From: Eledone cirrhosa
Taxonomy: Eukaryota
Direction of reading: 5' to 3'
DNA length: 64,000 nt
NCBI GenBank assembly: GCA_964016885.1
Contig: OZ024740.1
Location: forward strand, 247,628,001-247,692,000
Shown here piece after piece: positions 1 to 11,693 of the stretch; position 1 is the stretch's first letter, and every line of letters starts with the position of its first letter. The notes beneath the pieces are model-generated. The model had not been told where the DNA came from. It worked only from the letters and a program-made list of their open reading frames with translations, and did no database searches. The position numbers and the translations under genes were made by a program.

Positions 1-2097
1 TGCTGTAAACCATCAGGGCATTTAACTGTGTGGCAGGATTAACACCCGCCTAAACTGCTGCTGGCTTATAGTCTCCACCTAGGCAGCACTTGTTTCATTC
101 AGAATTTGGTTCGCGGGGTTACTCTTTGTGGAAAATATCAAATCAGGATGGCGTACCTTGCTCAGCATTACATTAAAAGTAGATATGTAGATAGAATATG
201 TGGATAGAATGCTTTACGTTATGCATTCCGGCTCTCTGCGTTCTAAATTCAAAACCGGCCGAGGTCAACTTTGTCTTTAATCCATTCGAAGTCGATAAAT
301 AATGTAGCAGTCCAGTGTTGGAGGAGATTCTTCCTCTGTATCTCTTTTTCACTTCCTTTTTATTACCCCCCTTCCCTCTCTCTCTCTCAGAAATCCATCA
401 TGTTCAAACCTACGGATGTGCTCCGGTTATAATGCCCATGGCACGTTATATCTCACTACGGGAGTTAAGGGTTCACATATACCCAGCGATGTAGATTACA
501 CTATATGTAAATTTTCTAATGTGTCTGACAATGGGCTCGAACTCGAAATAACACAATTGCAAAGTGAACTTTCTGACCACAAAGCCATACCTGCGACGGT
601 ATGTATTTTTTACTTATCCTGCTAGGCTCAGTAGCATGCCCAAATAGTTAAGATATTCGTCTCGCAATCTCGAGATACGTGGCATCTTAGAGGAATGTCG
701 TTTATCATAGTCTCCGGTCGACCCGAAGCTTTGCGAGTGAAATCAAGTAGACGGAAACTATGGGGAAGCCAGTCGGATGAATTGCAATTGTAACTCAACG
801 GTTCGGCTTTACTACACGCTGCCCCACACTGATTCTACTTGAGAATTACGTTATGAGTACATGTGTCTAGGGAATATTCACTCACTGATGTGCTATTTCA
901 AGGAGTAAATAATTTAATTGAATACTCATCGTGAAACCGCTGAAGATCCATCGAACGCTGAATAACTGATCAATTACCTTGTGGACATGAAATTAACATA
1001 AGTTAAAAATGATTTTAAGTATCAAATTTGAGAAGACTGTGGGAAACCATGCGCTCTGTGGTATAATTAGTAACATGGTAAAAGATAGACACGGGTTCGA
1101 ATCTCGACAGTGTGTGCTTTTCTCTTTTCCATCTCAAAAAGCCTAATAGCATTTTACATTGAAAATCTAAACCAGAAATTACCTGTTTGTGGCATGACCA
1201 TCACCTAGTTAAATTACCTGTTTGTAGGCTCCATCTAGGTAGTATTTACAATCTCATTCGGGTCTTTATCTATTGCGAAAAACGTGAAATTAAAGAACAA
1301 CTTGCTCGATATTACACTATATGTGGAAATGTAGCTAGCCTAATACGATTTTATATTGAAAATCTAAACGAGCGATTGCCAGCCATGAATGGTCACTAAT
1401 GTAGTAGTTGAGGACAGTAAGCTAAATTTAAAGTTGTAAGAGGTTACAGTTTAAAATATATAAGTACTCATGATAAGGCTGACAAAAATAAACTTTTAAC
1501 ATTTCTAAATCGTTTTTTGTCTTTGTTTTTTTTTAGGAATAGTCTATTTTTAATCGCTTTTTAGAACTTGATCTACGCTTAAAGTTCTCTGTCATTAAAC
1601 ACGAAATCTGTTACGTAATATCAATACAATAGCATTAGACTTCTCATTAAACAAGTAAGTGTGTGATTCATTACTGTTATCCATTTAATTGAATTTATCT
1701 GAATATTTAGTTACATCGCATCTTCCAAATGAGAGATGAAACTGAGAAAAAGAGTATAGGATTAGTTAATAAAATCACCTTGTTGAGTAAAAACACCTTC
1801 CAAAAGCCCCTGGGTCTGTGAGAAATTTCATTTTTTATATAAGGGCCATTAGTAGTGAAAGTGTTTGAAACCACTAATCTAAACAGTTGATTTATTCATA
1901 TATTACATACCACACTAAAAAATTTGTTATCTCCTGATCCAGGATGTAGAGGACTGTGATGGCAAGTTTTTTTAGGAGTTGTGTTCAAATCATATGTGGC
2001 GGCTGTTGCGAAGTCAACGACTCTGTCAATAAAGAATGACGTTGGTTAAAGCCAATTCATAAATTAAATGAAAGAAAAAGAAATTTTTTTAAATCGT

Positions 2098-2335
2098 AAG
2101 GCAGGAAATTGGCAAGGTTTTTAGAGTGTCAGAGTAAATGTTTTGCGATATTTGTTCCGGCGCTCTTCGCTCGGAAATCAAATTTCACCGATGTCAACTT
2201 TGTCTTTCATCCGTTCAGAATCAAGAAGCAAAGTACCTGTTCAGTGTGTTGGAATGGTGGAATTGTTAGAATCTCGGACGAAATGCCTTGTCGTATCAGT
2301 TTCGGCTCTGTGCACTCTGTGTTCAAATCCTACTT
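2098..2335 (+). mobile_element. Two tandem decayed tRNA-derived SINE copies (family recurring through the window)
   Basis: A-box-like 'ggaaattggcaaggtttttagagtgtc' and 'ggaattgttagaatctcggacg', and B-box-like 'gttcaaatcc'. The body 'gtcaactttgtctttcatcc' is shared with copies at about 250, 21.5k, 22.0k, 32.5k, 40.5k and 57.0k. Confidence 0.7.
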
Positions 2336-2604
2336 CCTGTCACCTGAAAAAATGGTAACATGGTAAGACTTGCTCCGCTAACTTAAAACAACCACGAAAA
2401 CTCCAATGAGATTCAACCTAATTGGAAGCTAACTAAACCCACATAGGGGTGAAGCGTAGCAACAAAAACCATTGTAAATCACATGAACGACGATTTAGTG
2501 AATATACACTAGAAAGTTAAGCGATTCTTAAGATAATAGTTTCTACTTTTGGCACAAGACCAGCAATTTCCCAGTGCATTACTGGTAGTTGCATTAATAA
2601 TGAT

Positions 2605-2835
2605 TACTTCTTCTTCCTTAGTCATCCCTCTATCGAAGGTGAAACATGTACAAAGTTCTTGTTCCAGACTTCCCGATATCTCATTGCAGCAAGAAGATAC
2701 CGGTAAGTACGGCCTGTGGTCCTCATCTGGTGACCAGCGAAGTGGTTTCTGTGCAGGTTCATCATGGTGGTAAATGACCAGCAAGAGCCAAGCGACGGGA
2801 TCGAACTTTCGAATGATTACTTCCAGAGGCACAAG
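2605..2835 (-). pseudogene. RTE-clade LINE 3' fragment
   Basis: The minus strand reads RLALAGH..HDEPAQKPLRWSP, the RTE C-terminal motif also seen at 45.2 kb (LRLAGHAHRH). Confidence 0.55.
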
Positions 2836-3409
2836 GACTCAAATTTTGAGGATGAGAACAATTGATTATGTCGAGCTCAATACTTTCTCTCAAGCCTAGA
2901 AATGCATTAACCCGGAGCTTATCCCGATTTTATTGGCATTAAACTTTGATAAGAACGGAAGATACCCCAACAAACATAATAATTTTAAAAAAACAACCAC
3001 AAAAGACGAAATAATAATTTTGAAAAAAAAAAAGAAAAAAAACAGAGAAACTGTTACTTTTGAAGAATGGAAAAATCAAATGTCATTAGTTGTGTCCTAG
3101 TGCTCGGTAGTGAAACGGACAGCAACAGTTTTGGCCTGTTTTTGTATTTAACTTCTCTTAATAAAGCTTCATGGAACTCCTACGTATGAAACAGAAATAC
3201 AATTGTTAGCACGGAACAGAAATTTTCTTTTCTTATTTACTGCAAAAATCTTACCTGTTAGTTTCAAATATATTTTCCATCAATATGCAAATAATTTACG
3301 AAGCTTTACAATAATGTTTTTCCTTAAATATTCCTTGAATAATAAATATTTTTTCAGATGCACCGTATATTATAAAGTTATATGGATTACATCTGTGGAT
3401 ACACATGTA

Positions 3410-3890
3410 TATCTCTGAAAATTTGTGTGTGTTTTATGTGTGCATGAGTACTCGTATATGTGTGTGCGTTTATATTTATGTGTGAAGTGTTTATATAGTT
3501 TGTGTGTACGTGTGTACGTAAGTGTATGCGTATGTTGTTATATGAATGTGTGTGTGTATATGTTTTTGGGTGAGCGTGTATGTCTATATACAAATGTGTG
3601 TCTGTGACTTTTTGTATCGATTGTGTGTGCGTGAATGTGCACGTGTGTGAGTATATACACGTGTGTGTTCGTGAATTATTTTGTGTGGATGTGTGTACAC
3701 GTAAATGTGTATGTATTTATGTTTATATATGGGTATATGCGTTTGTATATCTATGTATGAGCGTATGTATGTGTATGCAAATATACATGCGTGTATATGT
3801 GAATTCTTTACGCACATCTTGATACACACAAACACATACACATACATACATACATACATACATACATACATACATACATACATACATACA
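3410..3890. repeat. Degenerate (TG/TA) and (CATA)n microsatellite
   Basis: Direct inspection of the sequence. Confidence 0.9.
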
Positions 3891-4500
3891 TGGTGGCTGC
3901 CAACTCGTTTTCGAGTACGGCCACTACTTTATATCCATGTAGGAGAACCCCTACCGATGCGCTGAACGAGTGTGACTTTTTAGTCCAGCCAGCGACTTGA
4001 AAACTCTGGTACAAACACTACACTTGTGACAATTATCGACACATAGTGCTTTGCCTTTGGTACCATGTGACGACAAGTGCAGAGAGATCTCCAGATATAA
4101 AGCAATGCCTGTGCCGTGAAGCTTTTATAGTGAGCAAAGGCACTGCACAAAGCCAGTCCCACTCTCTTAACCAAGATGATATTTACCAAAAAGAAGAACA
4201 AGTCAACATCATTGGATACCATCAGGGTTGCAGGTGTTATATCAGAGTTTTCCTTCTCCTAGAATTCTGCCTTGACAAAGGTTAAGGGGTCATCTCTGCC
4301 AGTGATTTTGGATGGCCATTGACTCTTAAGAGCTCCTTTGCCCTTTGACAGGTTTTGTTTTTAGTCCTGCAGGATGTCCAAAGTCACCCTCCTCACCAAG
4401 AAACTTTGGTGGGGTTGCCAGTTTAGTCGCCAACGACCCGACCATGAGACAGGTTGTACTGGGATACATGTTACCAGTAGCACCAAGTGGTGACCTGACA
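3891..4500 (-). mobile_element. Bipartite non-autonomous RTE-derived element (RTE 5'UTR fused to RTE 3' end, (TGTA)n tail), copy 1
   Basis: The minus strand has an RTE-type 5'UTR motif (CTAGGAGAAGGAAAACTCTGA), then a zinc-finger remnant CSVCTRVFKSLAGLKSHTRSAH, a CTCG-nnnn-CGAG hairpin and (TGTA)n. A near-identical copy lies at 5946-6490. Confidence 0.75.
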
Positions 4501-5945
4501 TAAATATATACATACATACATATATACATACATACATACATATATATATACATACATACATTATATATATATATATACATACATTATATATATATATACA
4601 TACAATATATATATATATATATATACATTATATATATATATATACATACACTATATATATATATATATACATACATAATATATATATACATATACATACA
4701 TAATATATATATATATATACATACATAATATATATATATATATACATACATACATTATATATATATATATACATACATACATTATATATATATATATATA
4801 TATATATACATACATACATTATATATATATACATACATTATATATATATATACATACATTATATATATATATATATACATACATTATATATATATATATA
4901 TATACATACATTATATATATATATATACATACATACATTATATATATATATATATATATACATACATTATACATATATATATACATACATACATTATATA
5001 TATACATACATTATACATATATATATACATACATTATATATATATATATATATATATACATACATTATATATATATATATACATAGATACATTATATATA
5101 TATATACATAGATATATCATATATATATACATACATTATATATATATATATATATATACATACATACACTATATATATATATATACATAGATACATTATA
5201 TATATATATACATAGATACATCATATATATATACATACATACATTATATATATATATATACATACATACATTATATATATACATATACATACATACATTA
5301 TATATATATATATATATACATACATACACTATATATATATATATACATACATACATTATATATATATATATATACATACATACACTATATATATATACAT
5401 ACATACATAAATTATATATATATATATATACATACATACATTATATATATATATATACATACATACATTATATATATATACATACATTATATATATATAC
5501 ATACATACATACATTATATATATATACATACATTATATATATATACATACATACATACATACATTATATATATATATATACATACATACATTATATATAT
5601 ACATACATACATACATTATATATATATATACATACATACATTATATATATATATATACATACATACATTATATATATATATATATATACATACATACATT
5701 ATATATATATATATATATATATACATACATACATTATATATATACATACATACACTATATATATATATATACATACATACATACATTATATATATATATA
5801 TATATATACATACATACATTATATATATATATATACATACATACATACATTATATACATATATATACATACATACATACGTTATATATATATATATACAT
5901 ACATAGGTTATATATATATATATACATACATACATACATTATATA
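4501..5945. repeat. About 1.4-kb compound microsatellite array of (TA)n-CATACAT units
   Basis: Many repeats of 'tacatacat-ta(ta)n' with variable TA length. Confidence 0.95.
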
Positions 5946-6490
5946 TGGTGGCTGCCAACTCGTTTTCGAGTACGGCCACTACTTTATATCCTTGTAGGAG
6001 AACCCCTACCGATGCGCTGAACGAATGTGACTTTTTAGTCCAGCCAGCAACTTTAAAACTCTGGTACAAAGACTACACTTGTGACCATTATTGACACATA
6101 GTGCAGAGAGATCTCCAGATATAAAGCAATGCCTGTGCTGTGAAGCTTTTATAGTGAGCAAAGGCACTGCACAAAGCCAGTCCCACTCTCTTAACCAAGA
6201 TGATATTTACCAAAAAGAAGAACAAGTCAACATCATTGGATACCATCAGGGTTGCAGGTGTTATATCAGAGTTTTCCTTCTCCTAGAATTCTGCCTTGAC
6301 AAAGGCTAAGGGGTCATCTCTCCCGGTGATTTTGGATGGCTATTGACTCTTAAGAGCTCCCTTGCCCTTTGACAGGTTTTGTTTTTAGTCCTGCAGGATG
6401 TCCAAAGTCACCCTCCTCACCAAGAAACCTTGGTGGGGTAGCCAGTTTAGTCGCCAACGACCCGACCATGAGACAGGTTGTACTGGGATA
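5946..6490 (-). mobile_element. Bipartite non-autonomous RTE-derived element, copy 2
   Basis: Highly similar to 3891-4500 with a small internal deletion, and flanked by (CATA)n. Confidence 0.75.
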
Positions 6491-6550
6491 CATACATACA
6501 TACATACATACATACATACATACATACATACATACATACATACATACATA

Positions 6551-6660
6551 ATGGCTGCAAACTCGATTCCGAGTAATGCCATCGCTTGATACTTAAGCAC
6601 GGACGTGGCTTTTTTGCCCCGATAGGGACTTGCCTATGGCCAGCAATACCATGCATCACA
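6551..6660 (-). mobile_element. Very short 5'-truncated RTE 3' end with (TGTA)n tail
   Basis: Same terminal motif (TGGCTGC..CTCG-nnnn-CGAGTA..GCCA) as its neighbours, plus a degenerate zinc-finger remnant (..GKSLSG.KSHVRA). Confidence 0.6.
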
Positions 6661-6703
6661 ACATACATACATACATACATACATACAAACATACATACAT
6701 ACA

Positions 6704-6842
6704 TGATGGCTGCCCCCTCGTTATCGAGTATGGCCATTGCACGAGAAAAAAAAAATATATATATACATACAGATACATATATATATATATATATACACAC
6801 ATATATATTAATAACAATAATAATAATAATAACAACAATAAT

Positions 6843-6905
<63 letters not shown>

Positions 6906-7330
6906 AATAATAATATACATATATATATATTTGCACACACACGCACACACATTAACATATCTATACACACACACACGATAGCAACTAACAACGCTGCGAT
7001 CGAATGTGGCTTTTTAGCCCAGCCAATTATCTAAAATGTCTTGCACAGAGTCGGCAACCAAAACATTCATTGGGAATAGTCGTTTGGAGTTCATGTACTT
7101 TTGCATGTCGTTTGAGCCCTCCTGCTGATTTACATTCTCTACCACATGCTTGGCAAGCATGATGAGTAGCATCTCCAACAGCAGCCTGGTAGTCAACCAC
7201 TGGTCTTACTTTATGACTGCGAAGATGACTTTCGAGTCCAGCTTTGCTTAGGCAGAGTCTCGCACAGACACTGCATGTCAGCACCATAGGAGGACCCTCG
7301 CCGTCTGGAAGTGCAACAGCAATGCCCTTA
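6704..7330 (-). pseudogene. 5'-truncated RTE (BovB-like) 3' end with three C2H2 fingers, split by a microsatellite at 6746-6975
   Basis: CSVCARLCLSKAGLESHLRSH, CQACGRECKSAGGLKRHAKVH and CRLCARHFR*LAGLKSHIR; the terminal hairpin is at 6704-6745. Confidence 0.7.
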
Positions 7331-7440
7331 CATACAACATACATACATACATACAACATACATACATACATACATACATACATACATACATACATACATA
7401 CATACATACATACATACATACATACATACATACATACATA

Positions 7441-10400
7441 AAATGGCGACCGTTGTGGTCAGTGTCTGATAATCGGACGTGTGTAATTACGGCTTACATG
7501 AAGGCAACATACCATATATTGGAAAAAGTTGAGCTACATTACGCGGTAAGATTACATACAATAATTCTACATAAGTGTTTGAACTGTAAGTGTGTTGTAA
7601 AACACCTATTTATATGAACGATACATACACTTATGATATATGAACGATACATACACTTTAACATATAAATGCAACGTTGTTATATTACATTTATAAAGAA
7701 ATATACAAGTAACGTTTTCGATTCAGAAACAAAAATATAAGTGTTTTAACTGTGAATATGTTGTGAATAGGTTGTAGAACACCTATTTATATGAATGATA
7801 CATAAACTTTAACATATAAATACAGCGTTGTTATATTATATTACATTCATAAAGGAATATACTAAGTAACGGTTCTTTTTGTTCTCGATTCAAACGATTC
7901 AAGAGCAACGTTTAAAACACAGTTGTAGAATTAAAAACTAACTGAAAAGAAATATTACTCAAGCTGTGAATAACTTTAAATTTGATTCTGACAGAACTTT
8001 GTCGTAACTTTTAAAGAAGATCATCGACTATTTTGAAAAATAAATACGAAATATTAGTGAATAGACGAACTCATCATGGCAAAAAGTACAAGTCTCCTTC
8101 GACCAAATCGCAATTACAACCGTTGTACACAGTGGAGCTACGAGCTTAACAAAGTATTATATGAAGCATACAAACAATCTGAACCCCAAAAGTTCGGTTT
8201 TATGCAAAGGCTAAAAACTTTATGGAACTCCAAACACCCAGAATTAGACTTTTCTCCAAAGCATTTAAACGAACAGGTAAAACGTATCATTAGATGTAAA
8301 TTGATACATCTAACGGAATCGAGTGATACTACAAATACAGCTCTTGTAGACAACCACCCCACCTCCACTGACAGACAAAGAGAATGGCCAGCTAAATCTA
8401 ACAGTGAACAGCTCACCAACAATTTTGCTGAAATCCATCCCACTTCCACTGAAGAACAGCGAGAAAGGTCAGCTGACTCTAGTAGTAATTGTCACCACAT
8501 CAACAACGAGGCTGAAATTCATGACTCTACTGAACAAACAGAGCACCAAAAACTTGTGGGCTCCCTACAAGTGATATGGAACGATATGTTTCAAGAGATA
8601 CACAGCCTTAATGTGAGTGACAGACCATACAACACTAGAGTCAGTAAAGAACCCACTAAATTGGAATTGGAAGCGGTGAACGAAATAGCTGGCAATTATC
8701 TGAAGGCTATACGATCTAAAGGTGTAGAAACAACATTTGAAACGCTTAATGTTTTGTTATATGTTTCAGCTGTCACATTGCTATCATATAACACACATCT
8801 AAAACCACGCAATCAAGATACAAACAGAAAGCCTGAACCAGCGTGGATGCGAAATTTAAAAACCAAAATTTTGTCCCTGAGACGAAGTATCTCACACATC
8901 GCAGTCGTTATGAAATGCAACATAGAGAGCAACTTCACAAAACACCAGGAAGACCTAAAGAAAAAGTTAGAGAGAAGATTTGGAGATACAAAATTTAAAA
9001 CTTTGAACTCCAAATTACACCAGTTGAAACAACAACTCACAGCTACAACAGAAAGACTAAAATATAAGTCAACAGCACATAAACGACAAGTACTAAATAG
9101 ATTGTTTGCCAGAGATCCTAAATCAGTTTATCGCAGCTTCGGTGGCAAAAGCTCAATCTCTGTAAATGACACCCCTTCAAAAGAACAGGTTGAGAGCTAC
9201 TGGAGATCTGTATGGGAAACGGATGACGGATTCAACAGACAAGCTAATTGGCTAAAAGAACTGGAACAGGACTACTGCCAACATGTCCAGACAAAACAAT
9301 ATGACATAGATGGGTCAATACTGGAAACAGCTCTACAGAAAATGTCGAATAGGAAATCGCCAGGCCCAGACCTCATTACAGGATACTGGTTGAAGAATTT
9401 CACTTTCTATCGGCAAGATCTCATGCGGCTGTTTACAGAAACCATTAAGGGCACACAAGAACTGCCCAGATGGTTATCAACTGCCTCTACTCTCCTCATT
9501 CCCAAAAATAGCCAAACCACCTTTGTTAAAAATTACCGCCCAATTGCCTGCCAAAACATCATGTATAAATTATATACTGGGTGCCTTAACCTGTTCTTAC
9601 AGGATCACTGTGCTACCAACAACATCATAACACCTGAGCAAGCTGGTGGAAAGAGGGAGGTGTGGGGTTGCATAGATCACCTACTAACTAACAAAATGAT
9701 TCAGGAAAAAACAACAAAGAATCGCAGAAACATGACTGTCGTGTGGCTGGACTATCAAAAAGCATTTGATAGTGTACCTCATGGGTGGATTGTTAAGGCT
9801 TTACAGTTAGCTAAAGTCCCACAACCATTGGTAGCTGCTGTTGAACGCCTGACCAAGGACTGGTACACCAGTTTGATCCTTAGAGGTGAGAAGGAGCAGG
9901 TTAAGACTGATAAGATACATTACCAGAAGGGCATCTTTCAGGGTGATAGCTTGTCAGTGCTACTCTTCGTTCTCTCACTGAATCCACTATCTTACCTACT
10001 CAGGAAACAAGGTGGACAAAGAAGTGGGACCAGAAGTATCTCCCATCTTTTCTTTGTTGATGACCTGAAGTTGTATGGGCCAAATATCAATGACATCAAG
10101 AAACAATTGGACCTCATTACACAATTTTCAACCGACATCAAAATGAAATTTGGTGAGTCCAAGTGTGCATATTTGGCAGTAAAACGTGGAAGAGCTGTGC
10201 CCTCCTCTAGAAATCTAGAGATGAACGGCCTGACAATACAACCTCTGCAGTCAGGTGACAACTACAGATATCTTGGACAGGATGAGAATGTCAGATATGA
10301 TGGACCCATAAATAAGGAGAGAACCAGAACTGAATACCTCAGAAGAGTAAAGAAAATATGGTCATCAGAACTGTCAGCATACAACAAATACATTGCCCAC

Positions 10401-11693
10401 AATACTTATGCTGTGCCAATTCTAACGCCAACATTTGGCCTACTGAACTGGTCATTGCAAGAACTAAGTGAGATGGATGTTAGAACTCGAAAACTTCTCA
10501 GTGTTACTGGGAACTTTAACATCAATGGTGATGTGGATAGGCTATACTTCTCACGCAAGGAAGGTGGCCGGGGTCTAAAATCAATATTAACAACATATGA
10601 GACCCGGATAGTGACACTGAAGCAACACCTTCAACAGAGGAAAAAGGTTGGCAACCATCTTGCCCAGGTTTATGACCATGAAAAAAGAAATATCATTAGA
10701 ATAGCGACTGATCTGGAGGAGAGATATGGAATAAAGCCTGATATAAATCTCTCACCCAGAGAAATCGGAAGATCCTATTCAATGTTCAAACAAGATAAAA
10801 AAATTGACCAATTTACAGAAAAAGTTGTGCATGGATACTTGAGGCGTAAAACACAGACCATAGAGGGGATAAACCACTCAAAAAGCCTGGCATGGAGTTC
10901 CGACAGGTTTATGACATCACACCTTGAGGGATATCTCTATGCAATACAGGAACAAGAACTCCCTACCAAATATCTGCTGCACAAAAGAGGAGGGCCAGCA
11001 GCTGACAATAAATGTAGGCTATGTAAAACAAAGATCGAGGATGTAAGCCACATTGTTGCCAGCTGCGAAAGAATGTCATCTCGCTACTACCTCCCCATGA
11101 GACACGATGGGATAGCTAGAACCATCTGGAACGTACTTCGGAAAACAAAATTAACAACAAACGAGAAAGAATATATTGAGACAGATGGCACTAAGGAATA
11201 CTGGTGGAACCTGAAAATAAAAACTGCCACCAAATTAAAGCACAACCGGCCTGATATTGTAGTTTGGGACCACACATTGAAAACGTGTTCTGTTGTGGAG
11301 ATCAGCTGCCCACTTGATGTAAACGTTGTCAGAAAAATACAGGAGAAGGAGGACATCTACGGACCATTGATGAGGAGTTTACAAATCCAGTATCCAAGAT
11401 ACACCTTTAGCTTCATACCCATCATTATTGGTGCTACGGGTTATATACCAACCCGCTTGGACCAAAGTATGACTGAACTTGGATTTGTGGACAAAAAGCG
11501 CAGCTCCCTAATTCATAGTCTACAAATGGCTGCGATAGATGGCACCTTCAAAATTTGCAAAACATTCTTGCGATTCAAGGGATGACAATTTCTTTTCTTT
11601 TACAACCTTGCCACCAGGAAGGTGGCCGGTCAAAAAAATATACTCGAAATTAAGAGAAAGAGAAAACATACATACATACATACATACATACAT
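7441..11693 (+). mobile_element. Apparently full-length R4/Dong-clade non-LTR retrotransposon
   Basis: About 635-bp 5'UTR, a single long ORF and a short 3'UTR with a stem-loop (GCCACC-AGGAA-GGTGGC). (CATA)n lies on both sides. Confidence 0.88.
8076..11585 (+). CDS. Reverse transcriptase + CCHC + restriction-like (PD-D/ExK) endonuclease, 1169 aa, uninterrupted
   Basis: KSPGPD, NYRPIAC, WLDYQKAFDSVPH, GIFQGDSLS, FVDDLK, YRYLG; CRLC..EDVSHIVASC, RHD, RPDIVV, VVEISCP. No N-terminal zinc fingers or APE domain. Confidence 0.95.
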   Translation: MAKSTSLLRPNRNYNRCTQWSYELNKVLYEAYKQSEPQKFGFMQRLKTLWNSKHPELDFSPKHLNEQVKRIIRCKLIHLTESSDTTNTALVDNHPTSTDRQREWPAKSNSEQLTNNFAEIHPTSTEEQRERSADSSSNCHHINNEAEIHDSTEQTEHQKLVGSLQVIWNDMFQEIHSLNVSDRPYNTRVSKEPTKLELEAVNEIAGNYLKAIRSKGVETTFETLNVLLYVSAVTLLSYNTHLKPRNQDTNRKPEPAWMRNLKTKILSLRRSISHIAVVMKCNIESNFTKHQEDLKKKLERRFGDTKFKTLNSKLHQLKQQLTATTERLKYKSTAHKRQVLNRLFARDPKSVYRSFGGKSSISVNDTPSKEQVESYWRSVWETDDGFNRQANWLKELEQDYCQHVQTKQYDIDGSILETALQKMSNRKSPGPDLITGYWLKNFTFYRQDLMRLFTETIKGTQELPRWLSTASTLLIPKNSQTTFVKNYRPIACQNIMYKLYTGCLNLFLQDHCATNNIITPEQAGGKREVWGCIDHLLTNKMIQEKTTKNRRNMTVVWLDYQKAFDSVPHGWIVKALQLAKVPQPLVAAVERLTKDWYTSLILRGEKEQVKTDKIHYQKGIFQGDSLSVLLFVLSLNPLSYLLRKQGGQRSGTRSISHLFFVDDLKLYGPNINDIKKQLDLITQFSTDIKMKFGESKCAYLAVKRGRAVPSSRNLEMNGLTIQPLQSGDNYRYLGQDENVRYDGPINKERTRTEYLRRVKKIWSSELSAYNKYIAHNTYAVPILTPTFGLLNWSLQELSEMDVRTRKLLSVTGNFNINGDVDRLYFSRKEGGRGLKSILTTYETRIVTLKQHLQQRKKVGNHLAQVYDHEKRNIIRIATDLEERYGIKPDINLSPREIGRSYSMFKQDKKIDQFTEKVVHGYLRRKTQTIEGINHSKSLAWSSDRFMTSHLEGYLYAIQEQELPTKYLLHKRGGPAADNKCRLCKTKIEDVSHIVASCERMSSRYYLPMRHDGIARTIWNVLRKTKLTTNEKEYIETDGTKEYWWNLKIKTATKLKHNRPDIVVWDHTLKTCSVVEISCPLDVNVVRKIQEKEDIYGPLMRSLQIQYPRYTFSFIPIIIGATGYIPTRLDQSMTELGFVDKKRSSLIHSLQMAAIDGTFKICKTFLRFKG

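Noticed and set aside
7027-7431. C2H2 zinc-finger ORF as a host transcription-factor exon
   Set aside because: It matches the RTE C-terminal fingers, contains a stop, and ends in the RTE hairpin and tail.
3387-7441. Many short ORFs rich in YI/HT/CV/N/L repeats (also at 29.7-30.4k, 32.6-34.5k, 43.3-43.8k and 63.4k)
   Set aside because: They are translations of microsatellites, not genes.
7443-7452. TGGCGACC resembling an LTR primer-binding site
   Set aside because: No LTR lies upstream; it is the 5' end of the non-LTR element.
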